Shown piece after piece: positions 1 to 9,873 of a stretch of DNA of 64,000 nt. Where the stretch lies: NCBI GenBank assembly GCA_015521735.1, contig WANQ01000034.1:10201-74200 (forward strand), written 5' to 3'. The translations under genes and the position numbers were made by a program. The notes under the pieces were generated by a model. That model did no database searches. It worked only from the letters and a program-made list of their open reading frames with translations, and was not told where the DNA came from. Within the stretch, counting starts at the first letter, position 1. Every line of letters starts with the position of its first letter. Origin of the DNA: Pyrodictiaceae archaeon. Its GTDB lineage: Archaea; Thermoproteota; Thermoprotei_A; Sulfolobales; WANQ01.

Positions 1-84
1 AACAGCATCACGCGAACCGCATCGAACACATCTTCTAGAGCCCTTACCGTATAGTCTTGTCCTAGGAGGCCTATACTTACCCAT
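1..84 (-). CDS. rps14: 30S ribosomal protein uS14 (zinc-knuckle type), N-terminal part; gene runs off the window start
   Basis: Own translation of minus strand from ATG 84..82: MGKYRPPRTRLYGKGSRRCVRCGSRDAV, with CxxC knuckle. Lies directly downstream of uL5 as in the archaeal spc cluster. Confidence 0.8.
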   Translation of the reverse strand, partial: MGKYRPPRTRLYGKGSRRCVRCGSRDAV

Positions 85-94
85 GCATATCACC

Positions 95-667
95 CTAAGG
101 TACTATTTTTACACCTAACTCCTTTTCTAGTAACACCATTGCTTCTTCCTTAGTAACTCTATGTCTACGAGGTATATGCTTTTTCCTACATCTCCTCCTT
201 CTAAGTATTCTATATCCAGGTCTCTCAATAGTTATTGCAATATCCATTCCGAAAATACCTATTTCTGGATCATATTTTACGCCGGGTATAGCTATGTGTT
301 CTTTTATACCAAAGCTTACATTACCGTATTCATCAAAACTTTTAGCTGGTATACGCCATCCTACGGCTTCTAAGACTTTCTTAAGAAACTCAATAGCTGC
401 TTGCTTTCTAAGAGTAACTATAACGGCTATGTTCTCTCCTTTCCTAATCCCAAACTCCTTTATAGTTCTCTTTGCTCTACGTGGTACAGGTTTTCTTCCC
501 GTAAGCATTTCTAGTACTTTTGCAGCCTTCTGTAGTCTTTCACCTGATGTTCCTACACCTATGTTTACAGTCACCTTAGCTATTCTAGGCTTTCTCATAG
601 GGTTTTCTTCCCATTTCTTGATTATCTCTGATACTAGTTGAGGAGGCAGCACTTCGCTCACTTCCAT
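95..667 (-). CDS. rpl5: 50S ribosomal protein uL5
   Basis: 190-aa ORF with [14 protein letters not shown] and typical uL5 length. Sits between eS4 and uS14. Confidence 0.93.
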   Translation of the reverse strand: MEVSEVLPPQLVSEIIKKWEENPMRKPRIAKVTVNIGVGTSGERLQKAAKVLEMLTGRKPVPRRAKRTIKEFGIRKGENIAVIVTLRKQAAIEFLKKVLEAVGWRIPAKSFDEYGNVSFGIKEHIAIPGVKYDPEIGIFGMDIAITIERPGYRILRRRRCRKKHIPRRHRVTKEEAMVLLEKELGVKIVP

Positions 668-1419
668 GCACCTTCCGGTAAGCTTATCATGGGCTCTTCT
701 TTACCGATAACGAATATGTAGTCTAGGCTTGTCTGGAATTTTTCTCCGCGAACATCTTCAAGTGTTACAATACTTCTAAATCTTCTTATACCTTTAGTTA
801 TCTCTACTACTCTGCCAACTCTACCAATGTTTCTTCCACCACTTACAATTGCTATTACGCCCTTCTCAAGAGGCACATAGTCTAATAGTTCTTGCTTAGG
901 TATAGCGAGTTTGACTGTTCCAAGAGTAGAATACATGTCTTCTTCAGGGTTTGTAGGATCTTTGACTCTTATGAGAACGTTTCTTCCATCATGTAGGTTT
1001 AATTGTATGTGTCCACCTTTAACTGTTGTCTTATTCTCTATTCTACAAAGCTTGAAACCTGCTTCATCCTTATCTATAGGGTGAAGTGTATAGAACTTTA
1101 CTGGGTAAGGTATAATCCTATACGTTTCACCCGTATCAACTATTTCGATTACATCCATTAACCCTACAGGGAATTTGTAGTCTCTCCTAATTTTACCATC
1201 AACCTTTATGTGTCCTTCAGCTATTATTTTCCTAGCTTCACGAGCAGTCTTAGCATATCCCAATACGTCTCTGACAAGTATTAAGAGTGGAATAGCTCTT
1301 TCTATTGGGTGTGGGCCTGGCCTAGGCTTAACAGTCCACACTCTCTCCTTGACTGGTATAGGCCACCAAGCAGGAGCTGCATATGTTTTTAAGTGCCTTC
1401 TACCACCCATACGCGCCAT
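658..1419 (-). CDS. rps4e: 30S ribosomal protein eS4
   Basis: 253-aa ORF with the characteristic eS4 N-terminus [21 protein letters not shown]...PRPGPHP. Cluster position after uL24. Confidence 0.93.
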   Translation of the reverse strand: MARMGGRRHLKTYAAPAWWPIPVKERVWTVKPRPGPHPIERAIPLLILVRDVLGYAKTAREARKIIAEGHIKVDGKIRRDYKFPVGLMDVIEIVDTGETYRIIPYPVKFYTLHPIDKDEAGFKLCRIENKTTVKGGHIQLNLHDGRNVLIRVKDPTNPEEDMYSTLGTVKLAIPKQELLDYVPLEKGVIAIVSGGRNIGRVGRVVEITKGIRRFRSIVTLEDVRGEKFQTSLDYIFVIGKEEPMISLPEGAWK

Positions 1420-1431
1420 TTAGTTCACCGT

Positions 1432-1896
1432 CTACCCTTGCTTCTCACTTTCCGCGGTCTCTTGACTACTGGCTCCAGGCTTTTCAACCTTTCCTTCTGC
1501 TTCCTTTTTCGCTAAAATAGCTTCACGAGCTTTTCTTTTACGTTCTATTATTTCTTGTCTTTTCTTATCAGATAAATCGAGTTTAACTATCATTACTTTT
1601 GATGGATGTATAGGATAGTATCTTGGAGTACCATCAGCTCGTTTTATTGTAACTCCTTCAACATATATTCTTACACGTTTTAGATCTACTCTTACAACCT
1701 TACCCTCATGACCCTTCCAGTCACCACGCATAATTCTTACAACATCACCTTTTCTTACAGGTAGTCTCTTTATGCCTAATTTTTCTTTAAGCTCGGGTGA
1801 TAGAGGAGCTGTCATGAATTTTTGACGTATATGTAATGGTGCATTAAAGTAAGCTTTTCTTTGCTTCCTAGGCTGAGATGAGCGTGTAAGAGCCAT
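1432..1896 (-). CDS. rpl24: 50S ribosomal protein uL24 (with Lys/Glu-rich C-terminal extension)
   Basis: [20 protein letters not shown] and a KOW-like [21 protein letters not shown]. Cluster position after uL14. Confidence 0.92.
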   Translation of the reverse strand: MALTRSSQPRKQRKAYFNAPLHIRQKFMTAPLSPELKEKLGIKRLPVRKGDVVRIMRGDWKGHEGKVVRVDLKRVRIYVEGVTIKRADGTPRYYPIHPSKVMIVKLDLSDKKRQEIIERKRKAREAILAKKEAEGKVEKPGASSQETAESEKQG

Positions 1897-1918
1897 ACCT
1901 CAATCACCTAAGGAGAGA

Positions 1919-2338
1919 TTAGATTATAATTGATGCTATTTGGCTTATTTTAGGCCATCTTTCTGCAGCTTCTTTAGCTACTGGACCACGTATTTCACTA
2001 CCTTTAGGTGTACCATCACTTGAAACAATTACAACAGCATTGTCTTCAAAAGCTACCCATGTACCATCACGTCTCCTATAGGGTCTCTTTTGCCTTATTA
2101 TTACAGCTCTTACAACTTGTCTTCGCATTTCTGGTGTTCCTTTCTTAACGGATGCTACAACCATATCTCCTACTCCAGCAAACGGGATTCGCCTTAACCT
2201 GCCCTTGTAGCCGGGTACACCTATTATCATTACCTCTTTAGCTCCACTGTTATCAGCTACTTTTACGTAGGATCCTACTTGTAAGCCAGCGTTTATTCTA
2301 ATACGTGAGAATGCTGCACCCGTTTCTTTCTTTGGCAT
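1919..2338 (-). CDS. rpl14: 50S ribosomal protein uL14
   Basis: 139-aa ORF with ADNSGAKEV...[17 protein letters not shown], typical of uL14. Start overlaps the uS17 stop. Confidence 0.93.
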   Translation of the reverse strand: MPKKETGAAFSRIRINAGLQVGSYVKVADNSGAKEVMIIGVPGYKGRLRRIPFAGVGDMVVASVKKGTPEMRRQVVRAVIIRQKRPYRRRDGTWVAFEDNAVVIVSSDGTPKGSEIRGPVAKEAAERWPKISQIASIII

Positions 2339-2700
2339 TACTTCTTCACCTCACTTGCTCTACCCTTTATACCTAGTACTACGAATGAGACTGTCTTAGC
2401 TAATGGTCTTGTTTCACCAATTATTACTATATCACCTACTTTAGCATTTATGCATGGAGGGTTATGTGCATGTATTTTACTATGTCTTTTCTCGTATCTC
2501 CTATATTTTTTATCGTAATAGTAATAGTCTCGGCGAACAACAACTGTATTCTTCATTTTATCGCTTACTACAACACCTTCGAGTATCATACCTCTAACTC
2601 TTACATTACCGTGCCATGGGCATTTAGGATCATTACATATTTTATCTGGTGGGTTTATCCCGGGTATACCTACATTCTTTACCTGCTGAGCTTTCCCCAT
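2338..2700 (-). CDS. rps17: 30S ribosomal protein uS17
   Basis: 120-aa ORF: [28 protein letters not shown]...[16 protein letters not shown]. Position in cluster fits. Confidence 0.92.
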   Translation of the reverse strand: MGKAQQVKNVGIPGINPPDKICNDPKCPWHGNVRVRGMILEGVVVSDKMKNTVVVRRDYYYYDKKYRRYEKRHSKIHAHNPPCINAKVGDIVIIGETRPLAKTVSFVVLGIKGRASEVKK

Positions 2701-2706
2701 GAGATC

Positions 2707-2982
2707 TTACCTCAATTTCAACTTAATCCTATCTTCAGGCCTGCCTAGTATTTCTTCCCCCTTAATTACCACGTATACTCTATCTGAGAGCTTAAATAGG
2801 AATTTACCCCCCTTTTTAAGTATTCTCTTGGGTTTAACTCCATTAAATATAACAAGCGTGTTACGGGTTTCATCTATAATACGGCCTTCTAAACCTACAT
2901 AGGTCTTAGATATATGGTCAAGAACCTTGACCTGGAGTCCTATTAGCTCATGGTAAAATATGTTCTTAGGGGTATGCTTCAT
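2707..2982 (-). CDS. rnp1: RNase P protein component 1 (Rpp29/Pop4 homolog)
   Basis: 91-aa [38 protein letters not shown]. Conserved archaeal position between uL29 and uS17. Confidence 0.88.
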   Translation of the reverse strand: MKHTPKNIFYHELIGLQVKVLDHISKTYVGLEGRIIDETRNTLVIFNGVKPKRILKKGGKFLFKLSDRVYVVIKGEEILGRPEDRIKLKLR

Positions 2983-3203
2983 TTCTTCTTTTTACCTTCC
3001 TTTAGTGATTTTAGCTCCTCTTCACGCATTATAGTTAGTATTCTTGCTATAGTTCTCTTTATCGCCCTGATTTTACCTGGATTATCAAGTACTCCTGTAG
3101 CTGCTTGAAGCTTTAATCTTATGAGTTCCATTCTCAATTCTTCAAGTTTCTTCTTACGTTCTTCTGGTGATAAAGCTCTTATTTCTGAAGCCTTCATACT
3201 CAT
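2979..3203 (-). CDS. rpl29: 50S ribosomal protein uL29
   Basis: 74-aa helical ORF: [28 protein letters not shown]. Position after uS3. Confidence 0.9.
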   Translation of the reverse strand: MSMKASEIRALSPEERKKKLEELRMELIRLKLQAATGVLDNPGKIRAIKRTIARILTIMREEELKSLKEGKKKK

Positions 3204-3215
3204 ATCATATCACCG

Positions 3216-3848
3216 TTATTGGCTTGCTTGCGCCTGTATTTCCTTTACTGCTTCGGGAGGCTTGAATGTTATCTGGTCTACGGGTTTAACCGGTTTAACT
3301 ATTGTTACTTCTACACCATATATTCCTGGCTTTAATAGTGCATGGGCTACAGCTCTATCAACCATTGTTTCTACTTGTTGGCCTACCTTGTAGACTCTAC
3401 CTGCTTTAATTTTCTCATAGCGTGCTCTTTCACTGGTAAGCTTACCGCTAATTACTATTTCTGCACCCAGTGCTCCAGCCGCCATTATTCTCCTTAGTGC
3501 TGCAAATGCTGCTCTTCTAAAGTGGTAGCCTCTTTCAAGCGCCATTGCTAGTCTGAATGCCATTATCCTAGCATTTAGTTCAGGGTTTTCAACGTTGGTT
3601 ACTGTTATCTGGGGGTTTTCTAAGCCAAAGTATTTTTCAAATATTTGTGCAAGTTGCTTTATTATTGCTCCTCTTCTACCTATTATTATGGCTGGTCTTT
3701 CAGCATATATTATTATCCTTGAGCCCAAGGGTGTTCTTTGTATATCGACTCCAGCATAGCCAGCTCTATAGAAGTTCTTAGCTAAGTATTCATCTATTGC
3801 TACTTTAACCATAGCTTTCTTGATAAAGTATTTCTTTATATTAACCAT
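3216..3848 (-). CDS. rps3: 30S ribosomal protein uS3
   Basis: 210-aa ORF with a KH-domain-like [12 protein letters not shown]. Position after uL22. Confidence 0.93.
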   Translation of the reverse strand: MVNIKKYFIKKAMVKVAIDEYLAKNFYRAGYAGVDIQRTPLGSRIIIYAERPAIIIGRRGAIIKQLAQIFEKYFGLENPQITVTNVENPELNARIMAFRLAMALERGYHFRRAAFAALRRIMAAGALGAEIVISGKLTSERARYEKIKAGRVYKVGQQVETMVDRAVAHALLKPGIYGVEVTIVKPVKPVDQITFKPPEAVKEIQAQASQ

Positions 3849-3850
3849 CT

Positions 3851-4324
3851 TTAGGATACCTCCTTTACTATTACCTCTACGTGGGAGAGCCTTCTAAATT
3901 TAGGTGTAGATCTACCAAAGGCTCGAGGCATCCATCTCTTAAGTATAGGGCCTTTATGTGATGCTATGTGTATTATTTTAAGCTTATCTGTGTTTAAATC
4001 CTTGTTTTCAGCATTGTTTTCAACGTTTTCTAGGAGCCTTAACAAGTACTTAGCAGCTTTTACAGGATACCTGCCTATAGGCCATTTCCACTTATCGGCT
4101 AATCCTTTTCTATGAGCTTGCTTACCCTTATACCTAAAGAATGGAACAGGCTCTTTCAACTCTATTACTCTTTTCAAATACTCTTTTGCTTCTTTTAACA
4201 TCATTCCTCTTATAGCTCTTGTAACCTCATACATTATCTTGGGAGATACCGGCACGTCCCACAATACTGCCTTAGCTATTTTCTCTTCTTCCCTAAACTT
4301 CACCGAGTAGTGCCAAGTCGGCAT
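3851..4324 (-). CDS. rpl22: 50S ribosomal protein uL22
   Basis: The ORF is open to 4363. An internal ATG at 4324 ([10 protein letters not shown]...) gives the usual ~157 aa and is preceded by a GGTGA Shine-Dalgarno-like motif. Confidence 0.9.
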   Translation of the reverse strand: MPTWHYSVKFREEEKIAKAVLWDVPVSPKIMYEVTRAIRGMMLKEAKEYLKRVIELKEPVPFFRYKGKQAHRKGLADKWKWPIGRYPVKAAKYLLRLLENVENNAENKDLNTDKLKIIHIASHKGPILKRWMPRAFGRSTPKFRRLSHVEVIVKEVS

Positions 4325-4370
4325 ACTTGTCACCACACTATAGTCAGCGTTTCGTTGAAGCACTTAAGGG

Positions 4371-4378
4371 TTATAAAA
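4371..4378. promoter_or_regulatory. TATA-box-like element (TTATAAAA, near-palindromic). It could serve the now-isolated uL22 operon on the minus strand and/or the small plus-strand ORF at 4410.
   Basis: TTATAAAA lies about 50 nt upstream of the uL22 ATG (4324) and about 32-39 nt upstream of GTG 4410. Confidence 0.4.
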
Positions 4379-4409
4379 CTACATGCTGAGAAATATCATG
4401 GTGTAATAT

Positions 4410-4541
4410 GTGGGTGTGAAGGAATATATTGATAGACAACATATAGTAAGGATTTGTAGAGAGAAATGTATTGATGCAGGTTATAGTGGTGATGCTTTTA
4501 GAGAATGTGTTAGAGAATGCGTTAAAGAGTATACTAGCTAA
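4410..4541 (+). CDS. Candidate 43-aa small protein with a twin CX3C motif (GTG start)
   Basis: Own translation: (M)GVKEYIDRQHIVRICREKCIDAGYSGDAFRECVRECVKEYTS*. It fills an otherwise empty 170-bp spacer, a TATA-like box lies upstream, and it is below the size cutoff of the ORF track. Confidence 0.3.
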   Translation: MGVKEYIDRQHIVRICREKCIDAGYSGDAFRECVRECVKEYTS

Positions 4542-6096
4542 GCTTAGATACTAGTACTGGAGGGTATTTTTCTGCTTCAATAAATACTTGAGGTATAGCA
4601 TCCAGTAGATCTGATGCCAGTATTCTCTCACCTTTACTTAGCGATGCTATTTCACCAGCTCTACCATTAATATATGCTGCTACTTGTGCTGCTTCGTATG
4701 GCTTCATTCCGCGAGCTATTAATGCTGCTACAATTCCCGACAATACATCACCTGTACCACCAACACTCATTCCTGGTGTGCCCGTTCTATTCAACCTATA
4801 TTTCTCTTCTAGGCAAATAACATCAATGTATCCTTTTAATAAGACAACTGCTTTGTAATTCTTAGATATACTACTACATATCTTAATTCTTTCTTCAACT
4901 CTATTGTTAGATCTCTCTAAGCCTGCCAGCATTAATGCTTCTCCTAGGTGAGGTGTTAATACGAATTTACTGCTTAAACCACGTTTAAAAGTAGAGATGT
5001 GTTTTAAAGCATCAGCATCAACTACTACTCCCTTAATATTACTATTTTCAATTAGCTTATCTATTACTCCTATAGTGAAAGTCCTTGTTGACTCCTCTAA
5101 TCCTAGTCCCGGACCTATGATTACAGCATGAGGTCTTAACCTAGTTATTATATCATAGACTTTGTCTACATGAGATTCATCAAAGAACTCACCCTCAACG
5201 CTACGTACTATCAAGTTTGGAGAATATGTTGATATTATTCTAGAAGCACTACTCGGTGCTATAATAAAAGCTAAATCAGCACCTGCCCTAAGACTAGCTA
5301 AAGCCGCTAATGCTGGTGCACCAGTATATAGATGTGATCCTCCTAAGACTACTACTCTACCGCCAACACCTTTATGGGCATTGTATGGTTTTTTAGGTAC
5401 TCTTACCTTAACGTCTCCTGGTCCTACATATAGTTCTGCTTCTTTAGGCAAACCTATGTCAGCTACTATTACTTCTCCTACATACTCTTGCGCCTTAATT
5501 AAACCTGGCTTAAGTTTATGAAACGTTACTGTCGCATCAGCTTTTACAGCTATATCAGCTACTTTTCCGGTATCCGGGTCAACTCCTGTAGGTACGTCAA
5601 CAGCTATCTTTAAGCCTTTGGATTCATTAAATATTTTAACTGCTGACTTTACTGGCTCTCTAAGACTACCCCTAATTCCTACGCCTAGCATTGCGTCTAC
5701 TAGTACATCAGCTTCCACGGGGCCTTCAACATTCTTTATATGCAGTATTCTAATACTCCTGTCCATTCTTTTTATGACGTTCAAGTTTATTTGCGTATCT
5801 GGATGTTCTATTTCTCTTTCAGAATACAATAGTATTACATCAACACTAGCACCCATACAGGCTAAGTGCCTAGCAGCAACTAATCCATCTCCACCATTGC
5901 CTCCCTTACCTACAAATACTACTACCCTTTTACCATGTACATCTCCATGTAATTTACGTTTAACAAAATCTGCTATACTCTTACCAGCATTCTCCATTAG
6001 CAACAATAGTGGCAATCCTAGCCATGTTGCATTTATCTCATATGCTTTCATGTCATATGTTAATATGGTTTCCCCAATAAAGGTGTTCTTCTCCAA
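4534..6096 (-). CDS. nnr: Bifunctional NAD(P)H-hydrate repair enzyme Nnr (YjeF_N epimerase + ADP-dependent dehydratase)
   Basis: 520 aa. N-terminal GKGGNGGDGLVAARHL (YjeF_N); C-terminal carbohydrate-kinase-like GGTGDVLSGIVAAL. Confidence 0.88.
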   Translation of the reverse strand: MEKNTFIGETILTYDMKAYEINATWLGLPLLLLMENAGKSIADFVKRKLHGDVHGKRVVVFVGKGGNGGDGLVAARHLACMGASVDVILLYSEREIEHPDTQINLNVIKRMDRSIRILHIKNVEGPVEADVLVDAMLGVGIRGSLREPVKSAVKIFNESKGLKIAVDVPTGVDPDTGKVADIAVKADATVTFHKLKPGLIKAQEYVGEVIVADIGLPKEAELYVGPGDVKVRVPKKPYNAHKGVGGRVVVLGGSHLYTGAPALAALASLRAGADLAFIIAPSSASRIISTYSPNLIVRSVEGEFFDESHVDKVYDIITRLRPHAVIIGPGLGLEESTRTFTIGVIDKLIENSNIKGVVVDADALKHISTFKRGLSSKFVLTPHLGEALMLAGLERSNNRVEERIKICSSISKNYKAVVLLKGYIDVICLEEKYRLNRTGTPGMSVGGTGDVLSGIVAALIARGMKPYEAAQVAAYINGRAGEIASLSKGERILASDLLDAIPQVFIEAEKYPPVLVSKLS

Positions 6097-6136
6097 GAAA
6101 ATACACCTAAACCAATATACTATTATGTTATAGTAG

Positions 6137-6628
6137 CTACTTATAGAGTGATGTTACATACCGTTGTTCAAACATAGGTTTCTGAGATACTACTAGTTTA
6201 TCGATAGCTTCAACTAGTTTCTCTACATCACTTTTAAGAATTCTTCTTGAACCCTCCTTCTTTAATATAACGTAGGTTTTATCACTATATCTTAGTAAGA
6301 GTATTTTCCATTCAATCATGTTACCATACACTTTGGATACCAGTATATATGTCAGATCTCTCTTAGAAGCTACTGGAAGCATCATTACAGCATACAGTTC
6401 TTGTACATCGAAACAGTATACTTCGCCATAAGACTTATACTTTCCCTTACCCATTACGGAATAATTATTTGCATCAATGAATACTATTTTATCTGTATTG
6501 GCTACTAGATAACACATTTCCTTACTACTAGTATCTGGTATGATGTCACACATTCTCCTAAGAGAATCAATGTATGTAACTGCTTTACACTCATACTCTA
6601 AGTCTACTACTTTAATGTTGTTGTCCAC
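6137..6628 (-). CDS. Hypothetical protein (163 aa)
   Basis: Long ORF on the same strand as its neighbours. No motif recognised. Confidence 0.5.
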   Translation of the reverse strand: MDNNIKVVDLEYECKAVTYIDSLRRMCDIIPDTSSKEMCYLVANTDKIVFIDANNYSVMGKGKYKSYGEVYCFDVQELYAVMMLPVASKRDLTYILVSKVYGNMIEWKILLLRYSDKTYVILKKEGSRRILKSDVEKLVEAIDKLVVSQKPMFEQRYVTSLYK

Positions 6629-6759
6629 TCTACTTTCCCTACTATTTAACTGGTTTTAGTAAGTTTATTACTGTAACGCAAACCTAAATCATACTTTAAG
6701 GATACTAAACTGGAGATGAGATTTCAAATAGACTTGAAAAATGTGTTATGCGGGCATGG

Positions 6760-8220
6760 TTAGCCTTTTGCCACGCCTATAGGTCTAAGTCTTGCTACCA
6801 GTTTCGCTATCTTGACTTCATGTGCGACCTGGGCTACTCTATCGACATCCTTGTATGCTTGCGGAGCTTCCTCTGAGACTACTCTCCTAGTAGCTGCTCT
6901 AACGTATATACCTCTATTGCTTAGTGATGATAGTATTTCTGAAGCACTAAATCTCCTAACTGCTGCTTCACGAGACATCCATCTACCTGCTCCATGTGGA
7001 GCAGAATACCATGTTCGTGCACTCTCTGGAATACCCACCATGACGTAGCTAGCTGTTCCCATGGATCCAGGGATTAATACTACTTGGCCTATTGATTTAT
7101 GGTCCTTGGGTATTTCTGGATGACCTGGTGGGAAAGCTCTTGTTGCGCCTTTCCTATGGACTATGAGCTTCATACGTTTACCGTTTACTAGGTGTTCTTC
7201 TATCTTTGCTATGTTGTGTGCAACGTCATATATTATGTGTAAGTCGAATTTATCTGGATCTGTATGGAATACTTCTCTAAAGCTTTCTCTAACCCAGTGA
7301 GTAATTAATTGTCTATTGGTCCAAGCATAATTTGCTGCAGCACTCATTGCTGCGAAATAATCTTGTGCTTCCCTAGTATTCCATGGGACGCTTGCTAATT
7401 CTCTGTCAGGTGGTCTTATTCCATATCTTCTCATAGCACGCTCCATTATTAGCAAGTAATCGCTAGCGACTTGGTGACCTAAGCCTCTTGACCCAGTATG
7501 TATCATTATTGTTATTTGCCCTTCCTCTAGGCCTAGATGTTTAGCTATTCTTTCATCATATATTCTGTCAACCACCTGTATCTCTAGGAAATGGTTGCCG
7601 CTACCTAGTGTTCCAAGTTGTGGTGCTCCTCTTTCCTTAGCTCTACGGGATACTTTTGAGGAATCAGCTGTTTTCATGGAGCCTTTTTCTTCTATGTGTT
7701 CGGGATCTTCAGGCCACCCATATCCTTTGTCTACAGCCCAATATACTCCTTCATCTAATACTTTGTCTAACTCACTTATACTTAACCGGATTTTACCTCT
7801 ACTACCTACACCACTAGGCACATTCCTAAAGATAGCGTCTACAAGTGCTTTGAGTTTAGGTTTTATGTCATCGTATGTTAGATTTGTTCGTAGTAATCTA
7901 ACACCACAATTAATATCATAACCTACACCACCTGGTGATATTACGCCATTCTCTTCAACACTCATGCCTGCTACTCCACCAATGGGGAATCCGTAGCCTT
8001 GGTGGCCATCGGGCATTACATAAGATGCTACTTGTATACCTTGTAGACAAGCTACATTGGATGCTTGCTCTAATGTGAGGTCTTCTCTCATCTTCTTCAA
8101 TAAGAGGTCATCAGCAAATATTATCGCTGGTACACGCATGCAGTGCTTATAGCCCTTCTCTATAATCCACGTATACCTATCAATTCTCTTTAGAGGTGGG
8201 ACCATACGTAGAACCCTCAT
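6760..8220 (-). CDS. rtcB: RNA-splicing ligase RtcB (3'-phosphate/5'-hydroxyl RNA ligase)
   Basis: 486 aa with GYDINCGVRLL, GSGNHFLEIQ, HTGSRGLGHQV and PHGAGR motifs. Confidence 0.94.
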   Translation of the reverse strand: MRVLRMVPPLKRIDRYTWIIEKGYKHCMRVPAIIFADDLLLKKMREDLTLEQASNVACLQGIQVASYVMPDGHQGYGFPIGGVAGMSVEENGVISPGGVGYDINCGVRLLRTNLTYDDIKPKLKALVDAIFRNVPSGVGSRGKIRLSISELDKVLDEGVYWAVDKGYGWPEDPEHIEEKGSMKTADSSKVSRRAKERGAPQLGTLGSGNHFLEIQVVDRIYDERIAKHLGLEEGQITIMIHTGSRGLGHQVASDYLLIMERAMRRYGIRPPDRELASVPWNTREAQDYFAAMSAAANYAWTNRQLITHWVRESFREVFHTDPDKFDLHIIYDVAHNIAKIEEHLVNGKRMKLIVHRKGATRAFPPGHPEIPKDHKSIGQVVLIPGSMGTASYVMVGIPESARTWYSAPHGAGRWMSREAAVRRFSASEILSSLSNRGIYVRAATRRVVSEEAPQAYKDVDRVAQVAHEVKIAKLVARLRPIGVAKG

Positions 8221-8262
8221 TAAAAGATTTAGTAAAGTGTTAGATTTAAATATTTTTGTAGT

Positions 8263-8712
8263 ATGCCGATAAAGATGACGCCTATGTCCCCCGTATTATA
8301 CATAGTAAGGATATTAATGGAAAAACAATTAAAGGAGAGAATAAGAGTTTATGAAGAACTACTATCTGATGGTATCGAGGAAGTTCATGGCAGTCTAGAA
8401 AGGTACTCTAATGTCATGAAACTTGCTTCTGAGGAAGGGGAGATAGAAGTTGTTGAAGAAGTTGAAGTGGCATTTGACCCTAAAGTTCATGGAAGATTAT
8501 TTACTGAAAACATAGTTAGGCTTCTTAACGCAATAGCTACAAATAGCTTCAATAGTATATCTGAGTTAGCCCGCTACTTAGGACGTAATGTTGCTAATGT
8601 GTATAGGGATTTGAAATGGCTAGAACAGTTAGGACTTGTATATCTTGAACGTAGTGGTAAGAATGTTATACCAAGAATACTAGTGCTTGAATATGGACTT
8701 AGATTTTATTAA
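8263..8712 (+). CDS. Winged-HTH transcriptional regulator (MarR/ArsR-like C-terminal domain)
   Basis: C-terminal ISELARYLGRNVANVYRDLKWLEQLGLVYLER. The real start is probably the ATG at 8317 (MEKQLKE...). Confidence 0.6.
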   Translation: MPIKMTPMSPVLYIVRILMEKQLKERIRVYEELLSDGIEEVHGSLERYSNVMKLASEEGEIEVVEEVEVAFDPKVHGRLFTENIVRLLNAIATNSFNSISELARYLGRNVANVYRDLKWLEQLGLVYLERSGKNVIPRILVLEYGLRFY

Positions 8713-8736
8713 TTACGTTAGTGTAACATTAAGATA

Positions 8737-9267
8737 TTATATCCACCCGCGTTCACGTAGTAAGGCATAGTATAGAATTGATAATATGGTTTTAGGCTCT
8801 ACTATCTCCCTAGTCATTATCATTGATAAAGCATCATTTAAGTGTAGCTTAACTAGTGCTTTATTCTTTGATAACTCCTCAGTATTCAAATGTTGTTTAA
8901 AGTCCGTAGCAATGAAGAACATTATTTTAGATAAACTGTATTCAATTATTGAGTACGTTTCAAGAACCCTAACTATTCTTGAAGGCCTACCTAAAATACT
9001 CTCAATTAGTTTTAATGCCTTATTTTCAGGTCTTTCACCTAATTCTAATTGTGTTGAAGGTACTTCTATAATCCATTCATTTAGTAATGGCTCATACTTT
9101 TTTAGTAATATTATTTCGTCTCTGCTTATAACTGGTAGCACTACTAGTATGTTTTGATGCTCTATTACTTCTCTTACAGTAATTCTACCATTAGGTAATT
9201 GAGCTCTAACTAGGATGACATTTAGCTTCCTTCCTTTATATGCATATTCAGCTAGCTTTTGCGACAT
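8737..9267 (-). CDS. Nudix-fold protein with a degenerate Nudix box
   Basis: ADP-ribose-pyrophosphatase-like pattern VVLPV..DEIILLKKYEPLLNEWIIEVPSTQLELGERPENKALKLIESILG. The REx2EE catalytic residues are replaced (KLIES). Confidence 0.5.
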   Translation of the reverse strand: MSQKLAEYAYKGRKLNVILVRAQLPNGRITVREVIEHQNILVVLPVISRDEIILLKKYEPLLNEWIIEVPSTQLELGERPENKALKLIESILGRPSRIVRVLETYSIIEYSLSKIMFFIATDFKQHLNTEELSKNKALVKLHLNDALSMIMTREIVEPKTILSILYYALLRERGWI

Positions 9268-9326
9268 GCTTATTCCACTGCAGTATTTTCTTGATAGCGC
9301 ACCTATTACGTTATGGATAATTAATT

Positions 9327-9797
9327 TTACTCATATGCATGCTGTATTTTATTCCTGTTAAGCTTGATGAACTCATTTATTATTCTTTTAGCAATACTGT
9401 ATACTTTACTGCTTATATAGAACTTGAACACATTCTTGTTAGTCTTTATTTCAAGGAGTACAAGGTTCTTGTCTTTAACATTCTTGTGCCTACGTGTATT
9501 ATTTTTTGGTATTCGAGGTTTTTCTAGCTGTATTGAAAATACATCTTGTGCTTTTATAACTATCTCATTTGAATTAGATACTTTACTTCTACGTTTCTGC
9601 TTAAGTATTCTATATACCTGTAGTTCTTGATTCTTGCCTAGGAATTGCTTGATGCGCGTTGCCTTGTATTCTCCTATGTATCGTATTACTATTTCGCTTA
9701 CCTTGAATTCTATGTCGTAGTGTTTCTCACTGGTTCCAGGTACTATAGCACTTCTAAGTACTCCTATTGTGTCCACATTATTTCTTCTATTGTTCAT
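9327..9797 (-). CDS. Hypothetical basic protein (156 aa)
   Basis: Long ORF, Lys/Arg/Asn-rich. No motif recognised. Confidence 0.45.
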   Translation of the reverse strand: MNNRRNNVDTIGVLRSAIVPGTSEKHYDIEFKVSEIVIRYIGEYKATRIKQFLGKNQELQVYRILKQKRRSKVSNSNEIVIKAQDVFSIQLEKPRIPKNNTRRHKNVKDKNLVLLEIKTNKNVFKFYISSKVYSIAKRIINEFIKLNRNKIQHAYE

Positions 9798-9873
9798 ATT
9801 CTAAGACCTTGTATAGTACACCATCAATACTTAATATGCTAGTTTTCACTATTAACTTTACGGCTATATATAA

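Noticed and set aside
5618-6133. 171-aa plus-strand ORF antisense to the Nnr gene (similar antisense ORFs lie inside uL5, eS4, RtcB, uL3, Lhr and others)
   Set aside because: They are embedded in confidently identified genes on the other strand and have low-complexity Ser/Thr/Leu-rich translations without motifs.
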